Virus record (IMG/VR): IMGVR_UViG_3300034025_000048
Coordinates: 1 to 32,426 of that record
Origin: a virus
Taxonomy: Duplodnaviria > Caudoviricetes
Direction: 5' to 3' (one strand)
DNA: 32,426 nucleotides
Part shown: positions 26,126 to 32,426 of the stretch, piece by piece
How positions within the stretch are numbered: the first letter of the stretch is position 1
Layout of the letters: each line of letters starts with the position of its first letter
Notes under the pieces: generated by a model
Told to the model about the DNA's origin: nothing
Seen by the model: the letters and a program-made list of their open reading frames with translations, nothing else
The model's database searches: none
Translations under genes and position numbers: made by a program

Positions 26126-27418
26126 ATGCAATTCGATGCGCGAGAAGCGAAGCTACTCACGGCAGGCCAACACTTTACCATTTCCGACTGCCCAGGGCTG
26201 CGCCTGCAGGCTACGGCCACTCGTCGCAGCTGGATCTATCGCTATAAGAGCCTGGTCGATGGTCGCATGCGTCAGGTCAAGCTTGGCGACTGGCCAGCAA
26301 TGTCGCCGGCCGTGGCAAACGTTGAATGGGAGAAGGCCCGGCAGCAGCGCGACGCCGGCGTCGACCTGTCAATGGTGAGCAAGGCAGCAAAGGCAGTCGA
26401 GCGCAACGCGCGCGAACTGGAGCGCGAAAAGCAGCGCAAGGGAGTGCTGACCGTAGCCAGGCTGTGCGATGAGTATCTGGTCGGCCGCGTCGAGGCTAGC
26501 CGGGCCGAGAAGGGCGCCGCCGAGGTGCGCCGCATGTTCGCCACCATGCTCGGCCCGCTCGGCGAGGTCGAGGCCGCGACGCTCACCAGGTCGCAGGCGT
26601 TCGACCTTATATCCAGCTTCCTCCACATTCCAGTGCAGGCGATGAAGCTGCGGGCGGAAATGGGTGCGGCCTGGGACTACGGACTCGACGCCGGCCGGCT
26701 GCCTGAGTCGGCTGCGAACTGGTGGCGATTGATCCTGCGTGGCCAGATCAAGAGCAAGGGGCGGTACATCCAGGGCAAGCTGGCTGGCACGAAAAAGCGG
26801 GTGCTCAGCGAGGCTGAGCTGGCGATGCTGATCCCATGGCTGCCGAACTTCTCGCGCCTGGTCGAAGAGGTCTGCACGCTGTATCTATGGACGTGTTTGC
26901 GGGGCGCCGAGATCCTGCAGATGGAAAAGCATGAGCTAACTGATGAGGTCGACGGCTTGTGGTGGACGGTGCCGAAGGAGAAAACAAAAAACCACTGGAG
27001 GGAAAATTCGGGGGATTTGCGCGTGCCGTTGATAGGGCGTGCGGAGGTTATTGTGAGGCGGAGGATGCTTGCTGCGGAAGGGTCGTTTCTGTTTCCGTCA
27101 AACGGCAAGACGGGCTACGTCCAGCAGAAGACGATCGGCTGCGCGATATGGGTTCATATGCCCTACAGTCAAACGCGGCCGGAGTCGTCGCGCGCTCGCC
27201 TGCCCGTCACGCATTGGGCGCCGCATGACTTGCGGCGATCGGGCCGCACGCTGCTGGCCGCCCTCGGGTGCCCCGACGAGGTAGCCGAGGCGGTGATCGG
27301 CCACATGCCATCCGGGATTCGGGGCGTCTACAACCGCCACTCGTACGACAAGGAACGCCGACACTGGTTGACCAGGTTGAGTGATCACCTGGAGCAGCTG
27401 GTCGCCGGCGCCGGTTAG
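26126..27418 (+). CDS. int: Tyrosine integrase with N-terminal arm-binding domain
   Basis: Arm domain 'PGLRL...SWIYRY...QVKLGDWP'. Catalytic residues in CLRGAE, HDLRR, IGH and GVYNRH. Confidence 0.97.
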   Translation: MQFDAREAKLLTAGQHFTISDCPGLRLQATATRRSWIYRYKSLVDGRMRQVKLGDWPAMSPAVANVEWEKARQQRDAGVDLSMVSKAAKAVERNARELEREKQRKGVLTVARLCDEYLVGRVEASRAEKGAAEVRRMFATMLGPLGEVEAATLTRSQAFDLISSFLHIPVQAMKLRAEMGAAWDYGLDAGRLPESAANWWRLILRGQIKSKGRYIQGKLAGTKKRVLSEAELAMLIPWLPNFSRLVEEVCTLYLWTCLRGAEILQMEKHELTDEVDGLWWTVPKEKTKNHWRENSGDLRVPLIGRAEVIVRRRMLAAEGSFLFPSNGKTGYVQQKTIGCAIWVHMPYSQTRPESSRARLPVTHWAPHDLRRSGRTLLAALGCPDEVAEAVIGHMPSGIRGVYNRHSYDKERRHWLTRLSDHLEQLVAGAG

Positions 27419-27660
27419 TTCGTTACGCATTTTTTCTTCCTCCCGCCAGTGTTCTCCGGAGGCAGGTTGTTCGCTATCGGCCGCTGCTCGGCCCATTCTT
27501 CGACTTCCCGGTACAGCCAGGCCACGCGCCGGTTCGACAGTTCGCGTGGTGCCGGGAACGAGTTCTCGCGCACGAGCCGCTGGATGCTCGGCTCGCTAAG
27601 CGATACTGTTGCCGCCACTGCAGGCAGGTCCAGGTACAGTGGCGGAACAAATGCTTTCAT
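27415..27660 (-). CDS. AlpA-family regulator/excisionase
   Basis: 'LDLPAVAATVSLSEPSIQRLV..NSFPAPRELSNRRVAW...EVEEW', convergent with int. Confidence 0.9.
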   Translation of the reverse strand: MKAFVPPLYLDLPAVAATVSLSEPSIQRLVRENSFPAPRELSNRRVAWLYREVEEWAEQRPIANNLPPENTGGRKKKCVTN

Positions 27661-27929
27661 TTGACGACTACTTTCATTGCATGGTCGATGAGTTCGCGGC
27701 CAGTGTGGCCGGCCAGCGCGGCCGACAGCAGCGCGGTAAGGCGGCGGTCAGTGCTCGCCGTCATGTCGCCGCCGACAACCGGCAGCACGAAGTCCAGGCG
27801 GGCGCTGTCATCGGGCAGCAAAGCATTTTCTTGTTCCATGTTTTCCTCCATTGAGTGCGTTTTGCAAGTGCAGTATTTTCCGAACGTGACGCCTGATCCG
27901 GCGCAGGTAGAGCAGTCCGCGGCACTCAT
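27657..27929 (-). CDS. Small hypothetical protein with CxxC...CxC motif
   Basis: ATGA-coupled on both sides, starts 'MSAADCSTCAGSG...YCTC'. Confidence 0.55.
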   Translation of the reverse strand: MSAADCSTCAGSGVTFGKYCTCKTHSMEENMEQENALLPDDSARLDFVLPVVGGDMTASTDRRLTALLSAALAGHTGRELIDHAMKVVVK

Positions 27930-28585
27930 GAGTTGGCCTCGCATACGGCCAATTCGCGGCGCTGCAGGGCGTGCGCGGCCACCGCTATCAAGTCGTCCTC
28001 GAGCGCCACGTCGCTGGAGTCGAGGCACGGCTCAAATTCGTCCAGCCGGGTCACTGCTCGCCACGCTGCGGAGATGATTCGCGCCTGGTGGGCGGCGTCG
28101 TCCAGGGCGTTGTGCTTCGTGCCCATGAACGGCACCATCGCCTTCTCAAATCCGAGGGTGCGTGCCGCCTCCACGATCGTGCGCATGTCCCGAATATTCC
28201 AGTACTCCCACGGTGCGGCGCGCAGCATTGCCTTGTTGTAGGCAGTCTCAAGAATTGAGATATCGAAGGTTGCGCCGTTGCCCCAAACGCATGCCGGCGT
28301 CGCGCCGACGAACTCGTTAAGCTGCAGGAGAGCCACCGTCAAGGGAAGCTTGACGCGATCCTCATTGAAGATAGCGCGGGCAGCAGGCTCCTGGCGCATC
28401 CACCAGCTGAGCGTGGAGCCGTCCACGTGGCCCACGCTGATTGCGCTGTCGATATCGATCTCGGCGTAAAGCGACCGGATGATTTCTCCCGTGTTGCGGT
28501 CGAACTCAGTGGCGCCGATCGAGAGGATGGCGGCATCGTTGCGCTTGCTCAGCGTTTCCAGATCAAGGCTGATATCAGTCTTCAT
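27926..28585 (-). CDS. DEDDh 3'-5' exonuclease
   Basis: Motifs 'LDLETL', 'WGNGATFDI', 'RDMRT' and 'HNALDDA'. ATG at 28585 is coupled to the upstream stop. Confidence 0.9.
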   Translation of the reverse strand: MKTDISLDLETLSKRNDAAILSIGATEFDRNTGEIIRSLYAEIDIDSAISVGHVDGSTLSWWMRQEPAARAIFNEDRVKLPLTVALLQLNEFVGATPACVWGNGATFDISILETAYNKAMLRAAPWEYWNIRDMRTIVEAARTLGFEKAMVPFMGTKHNALDDAAHQARIISAAWRAVTRLDEFEPCLDSSDVALEDDLIAVAAHALQRRELAVCEANS

Positions 28586-29508
28586 ACTGGCACCTCGCGA
28601 TGAGCGGCCAGGAACGCGCCCAGCAGCTCCTCCACGCCCTCGACGCACGTCTCGCTGCCGTTGTGCCACCCTTGAGCGATCAACGCCTGGGCGAACGCTT
28701 CTGCTGCGTCCCGTTGCGCTTCCTTGCCGGCAGTGCTCTGCGTGGGCGTGGAAAACTTGTAGTGCATTGGTTGCACACGGAGCGCGGCCATGTACGCGCT
28801 GCGGTCGGCGTCGTCCCATCCCTCGTCCCCTGGGCGGTAGCCCGAGAGATATTTCCCGAAGGTGACCGTTGCCTGGCTGTCCGCGTCGTTGGTGGCCAGG
28901 TGCGTCTCCAGCGCTTTGCGGATGACGTCGGTGGAGGCGCCTCGCGCGTCGAGCATCATCGCGTACACGGCCACGTCGACCAGGTCACCGATGGCTAGGT
29001 TGTGCGTCATGCTCCTGGCCAGGTCCGCGTCGTTGCAGTTCGGCGTGTCCCATCCGTAGCGGCCTGCCTTGCGCGCGATCGCCAGGCGCTTGAGCACCTT
29101 GCCAGTAAAGCGGGCGGCAGCTTCGTCGTCGGCGTGTGTGGCGCGGCTCTGCCCCATCACGTCGACCAGCGTTACCCATCCGCCTTTTTCATCGGGGACC
29201 ATTCCCTTTCCCGTCGATGAGTAGCGGGTCAGTTCGTGCAGGTGGACGATGACGCCGCTCAGCAGCAGCTGCTCCAGCTGGTTGACGCGACGGACGGCGA
29301 TCGGGTACGGATGCTCGGAGGGGTAGGCCAATGTTGCGAGTGGCATTTGTTCGGTGGGTTGCATGCTTGCTTCCAATCCTTGATGTGCCGCTTCTGCTGC
29401 GGCTAGTTTGTCGATGTGTCGAAGTAGGGCGGTTCGGTACTGGCCAAAACTCTGGAAGCTGACAGAGTAGGTGTCGCAGGACACCACTCCGCGCAGCTGG
29501 CCGAGCAC
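28582..29508 (-). CDS. Hypothetical early protein (start uncertain: 29526 CTG, 29508 GTG or 29364 ATG)
   Basis: Open frame containing a phage-type segment 'KRLAIARKAGRYGW...GDLVDVAVYAMML'. Confidence 0.65.
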   Translation of the reverse strand: MLGQLRGVVSCDTYSVSFQSFGQYRTALLRHIDKLAAAEAAHQGLEASMQPTEQMPLATLAYPSEHPYPIAVRRVNQLEQLLLSGVIVHLHELTRYSSTGKGMVPDEKGGWVTLVDVMGQSRATHADDEAAARFTGKVLKRLAIARKAGRYGWDTPNCNDADLARSMTHNLAIGDLVDVAVYAMMLDARGASTDVIRKALETHLATNDADSQATVTFGKYLSGYRPGDEGWDDADRSAYMAALRVQPMHYKFSTPTQSTAGKEAQRDAAEAFAQALIAQGWHNGSETCVEGVEELLGAFLAAHREVPV

Positions 29509-29522
29509 GCGCTCAACGGGCG

Positions 29523-30260
29523 TCAGGCGAACTCCGCCTGTGCATTGACGCGAATGCTCGGCGGCTCACTGAACTGGTTGAACCCGTCGAGGCTGACGCC
29601 CTGCAGCAGGTACTCGTAGAATGCGGACAGGCCGCCGTTGCGGATCTCGTCCGCCACGGCCGCGTAGAACAGCGGGTCACGCGGCGGTGGAACTTCCAGC
29701 ACGTAGAAGCGCCGGTTGCTCGCTGACAGTGGCATGAGGTCGTCCGAACTGGAAAGGAACACCAGGTTCAGTTCGTTGGCGACCGTTTGCGCCGGCAGGC
29801 CCTTCTGGTTGATCTCCAGGCTAGAGTTGGACACCAACGCTTTCGCCTCGGCGGTGTAGCGCGCCGGCACACGCTCATTCACCACCAGGTAGCGCGCGTT
29901 CAGTGCCCAGCCGTTGAATGTGCTGAATGCCTTGGCGGCGGTCAGCCGGTGCCCTCGCAGTCCGTAGATGGCGGCAATGACCTCCTCAAAGAACAGTGAC
30001 TTGCCGGTTCCCTCTGCGCCGTTGACAACCAGGGCGTGTTGCATCTTCGCGCCTGGATTTTGGAGAGGGTAGGCCAACCACTTCAACAGGTAGCGGTAGG
30101 CGAACTGGTCGAAGTCGCACAGGTGCATAAGCAGCGCGTTGATGTTGACGCAGCTGGTCGGGATGGTGCGCGGAGGTGGCGTGATCACACGGCTAACCGT
30201 GCGGATACAGATCTTCGCCGAGGCGGCGATGCTCTTCATCATGATGTGAACTGGTTTCAA
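29523..30260 (-). CDS. Stand-alone SF3/primase-helicase-like P-loop NTPase (DUF5906-like)
   Basis: 'WLAYPLQNPGAK', Walker A 'GAEGTGKS', 'FNGW' and 'NRRFYV'. AGGAG RBS before TTG at 30260. Confidence 0.8.
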   Translation of the reverse strand: MKPVHIMMKSIAASAKICIRTVSRVITPPPRTIPTSCVNINALLMHLCDFDQFAYRYLLKWLAYPLQNPGAKMQHALVVNGAEGTGKSLFFEEVIAAIYGLRGHRLTAAKAFSTFNGWALNARYLVVNERVPARYTAEAKALVSNSSLEINQKGLPAQTVANELNLVFLSSSDDLMPLSASNRRFYVLEVPPPRDPLFYAAVADEIRNGGLSAFYEYLLQGVSLDGFNQFSEPPSIRVNAQAEFA

Positions 30261-30283
30261 GTGTGGCTCCTGGTGGGTTTCGA

Positions 30284-32413
30284 TTAGGCTGCAACAGCGG
30301 CCGGGGTTGCTTCGGTGGTGGTGGTGACGGGCGTTGCCGGGTCTTCCGAACGAGTCGGCCATGGCCATGCGTCGGCTGGGAGTAAGCGTTTCTTGCCGCC
30401 CTTCTTTTTGGCGACCGGCGTGTCGAGATCCGCCAGGCTTAGGCCGTCTTCGGTCGCCTCTTCCGCTGCTGCGGCCGTTCCTGGTTCCTGCAACATCGGC
30501 ACAGCCTCGTGCGTCGTCTCGATTGCGGCTGGCTCGACAACTCCCGCGCCCTCGGCAGCAGCGCCCGGCAGGACAAAACCGCCCGCAGCGTAGACATAGC
30601 CCGCTGCCTTGGCGGCGCGCTCCAGCTTATCGATCAGATCAAACCGCACCTGGTCGGCAAGGACCGCTTTGCACAGTTCGTTAATGCGATGCGGGGCGAC
30701 CTTGATGAACTTCACCAGGTCGTCGTATTGCATGGTCGACGTGTCGATAACTGCAGGAGAGACTTCCTCGCGAACGACGTCAGGGTCGATGCCTTCGTGA
30801 CGCGCCATGGCCAGGACCGGCTCAAAGGCATATCCGCAATCTTCGCTACGCATGTCCCAATGGTTCACTGTCAAGGTCTCGCCCACTAACAGGTCGACCA
30901 AGAGCAGCTGTATTTCAGGCAGGCCGGCAGTGTCGATATGGGCGCAAATCGCCTCCTCGCCTGTGCTATCGAACGTGTAGACGTCGTTCAGTTCGATGTG
31001 AGGCAGCGGCAAGATTTGAACCGCCATTTTCGTTATCTCGCGCAGCGCCTCAAGCGTGAAACCGGTTGTCGCGCCTTTGGTGCGGAGCCGTTTATAGAGA
31101 GCGATTCGGAATTCGGTTTCCTTGTCAGCCTTCTCCTCGAGGCAGCGTTGAGCCTCTGCTGCGGCAGCGCGCGCCTTTGCATGGACGTCCGGAGTGTCCG
31201 GCGCCTTTCCCATCCTGGTCGCGTGTTGCTCAACCGTTTCGCATGCGCCGGCAGCTTCCAGGGCGGCCTGCAGCGCTGCGCGGTCGTACAGTGCGAAAAC
31301 GGTGCCGTCGCTATCCTTCACGTACTGGGCAACTGGCGGCATCTCTTTGCCGGTCAGGTGCGTTGCGGCCGTGCCGTTGTTCTTTGTGTCGGGAGCGTTG
31401 CGTTGGAAGTACCAGATCGATTGCTCCGCGCGGGCGAGCGGTAAATCTCGGGCGTGCCAGTAGTTCGGCAGCGCTGCGACTTCTTCCTTCGCTTCGATGA
31501 CGGGGATGCCGGTCTTGTTGGCAGCAACAACGATCCTCGCGAAGTGAGCGCCCTTCTTTTCCGCGAAGCAGTCGGGGTCTGTGCAGACGTCTGCACTGGA
31601 AACGTCCTTGAAGATTTCCGGCTGGTTGCCCGTCCTCTTAGGGCATTTGACGCACGACCCGGCGCTGGCTAGCAGCTTCGCGTCACCCAGCGGGAAGATG
31701 GCAGTGGCGAGATCGAGCATGTAGCGCTGCTGCAGGTGCTCGACGGCGCGGCGATAGGAGAGTGGCTCGCCGACTGGGTAGCTGTTCTTTGGGTTGATGA
31801 TCTCGTCCAGCGCTTTCGCCTGCAGTGCCGGCAGCGGAATACGTGCGATCAGCAGCGCCGTCGACGCCGAGATTTTGTCGTCGAGGAATTGCTCGCGAAC
31901 ATCAAGACTGAGGGCGCACAGCTTGAGGCGGCCGTACACGTAGGAACGGCTTTTCTTGATCTCGTCGGCCAGCTGGTCGGCGTTGTATCCGTGCTGCTGC
32001 ATAAGCAGTTCGTAGCCCTCCGCCTCTTCCAGCGGGTGGGGATTTTCCCGCTGCAGGTTTTCCAAGATCCGCAGCTTGGCCGCCTGCAAGTCTGTGAGGT
32101 TGCGGACCATCGCCGGAATAGCTTCAAGCTCCGCGATGGTTGAGGCGCGGAAGCGCCGCTCGCCGGCAACGATCTCGTATTCTTCTGGCTGCTCTGGTGT
32201 CGGGGTGACTGGCCGTATCAGAATTGGCTGCGCCACGCCGTCAGCCTTAATGCTGGCAGCCAGCTCCTGCAGGGCGGCCTGGTTGAAGCGCTTACGATTG
32301 TCCGGAGAGATGCGGATTTGCTTGAGCAGCACCAGGCGGAATTCGCCATCGTTATGGACTGCTGCGGGGCTAACGGCGGACTCGACGGCGGCAGTGATCA
32401 ATTTTTTCTTCAT
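30284..32413 (-). CDS. parB: Long ParB/RepB/Spo0J-family protein
   Basis: 'QPILIRP', 'IVAGERRFRA', 'ENLQRE' and an HTH region, then a Cys cluster and a long C-terminal extension. Confidence 0.92.
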   Translation of the reverse strand: MKKKLITAAVESAVSPAAVHNDGEFRLVLLKQIRISPDNRKRFNQAALQELAASIKADGVAQPILIRPVTPTPEQPEEYEIVAGERRFRASTIAELEAIPAMVRNLTDLQAAKLRILENLQRENPHPLEEAEGYELLMQQHGYNADQLADEIKKSRSYVYGRLKLCALSLDVREQFLDDKISASTALLIARIPLPALQAKALDEIINPKNSYPVGEPLSYRRAVEHLQQRYMLDLATAIFPLGDAKLLASAGSCVKCPKRTGNQPEIFKDVSSADVCTDPDCFAEKKGAHFARIVVAANKTGIPVIEAKEEVAALPNYWHARDLPLARAEQSIWYFQRNAPDTKNNGTAATHLTGKEMPPVAQYVKDSDGTVFALYDRAALQAALEAAGACETVEQHATRMGKAPDTPDVHAKARAAAAEAQRCLEEKADKETEFRIALYKRLRTKGATTGFTLEALREITKMAVQILPLPHIELNDVYTFDSTGEEAICAHIDTAGLPEIQLLLVDLLVGETLTVNHWDMRSEDCGYAFEPVLAMARHEGIDPDVVREEVSPAVIDTSTMQYDDLVKFIKVAPHRINELCKAVLADQVRFDLIDKLERAAKAAGYVYAAGGFVLPGAAAEGAGVVEPAAIETTHEAVPMLQEPGTAAAAEEATEDGLSLADLDTPVAKKKGGKKRLLPADAWPWPTRSEDPATPVTTTTEATPAAVAA
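31581..31596. promoter_or_regulatory. 16-bp palindrome GTGCAGACGTCTGCAC (copy 3 of 3) inside parB
   Basis: 18 bp (31581-31598) are identical to 7417-7434. Confidence 0.6.
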
Positions 32414-32426
32414 GGAAGTTTCCGGT

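Larger units (their letters stand above)
1..32426. mobile_element. Temperate tailed phage (siphovirus-type), partial genome in attP (non-integrated) configuration
   Basis: Contiguous head, neck, tail, lysis, integrase and early genes with no host genes. An att core with arm sites on both sides lies between the methylase and the integrase. Confidence 0.93.

Overview
This window is about 32 kb of a GC-rich temperate siphovirus, probably infecting a proteobacterium (host inferred, not shown). The + strand carries a lambda-like late region: terminase end, a Mor-like activator, portal, S49 protease with nested scaffold, capsid, neck, tail tube, frameshifted chaperone, tape measure, adhesin/esterase/tail-tip genes, a lysis cassette and a D12 adenine methylase. 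A tyrosine integrase follows, then a convergent minus-strand early block (AlpA, exonuclease, SF3-like NTPase, long ParB). Four non-coding signals stand out. (1) An intact attP lies at 25799-26115, with arm repeats, two perfect IHF boxes and 10-bp repeats. Its core encodes KHTPMM, the N-terminal MutS motif, inside a phage-supplied replacement mutS 5' end, so the phage likely integrates into mutS and is shown here unintegrated. (2) The 14-bp palindrome TGCAGACGTCTGCA occurs three times across the window, once inside parB, as a candidate parS/KorB-like operator set. (3) A GTCTCAA..TTGAGAC dyad occurs three times, each with a -10 hexamer starting exactly 37 bp after the dyad start, defining a late promoter class. 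(4) A multi-hairpin RNA element lies upstream of the methylase.
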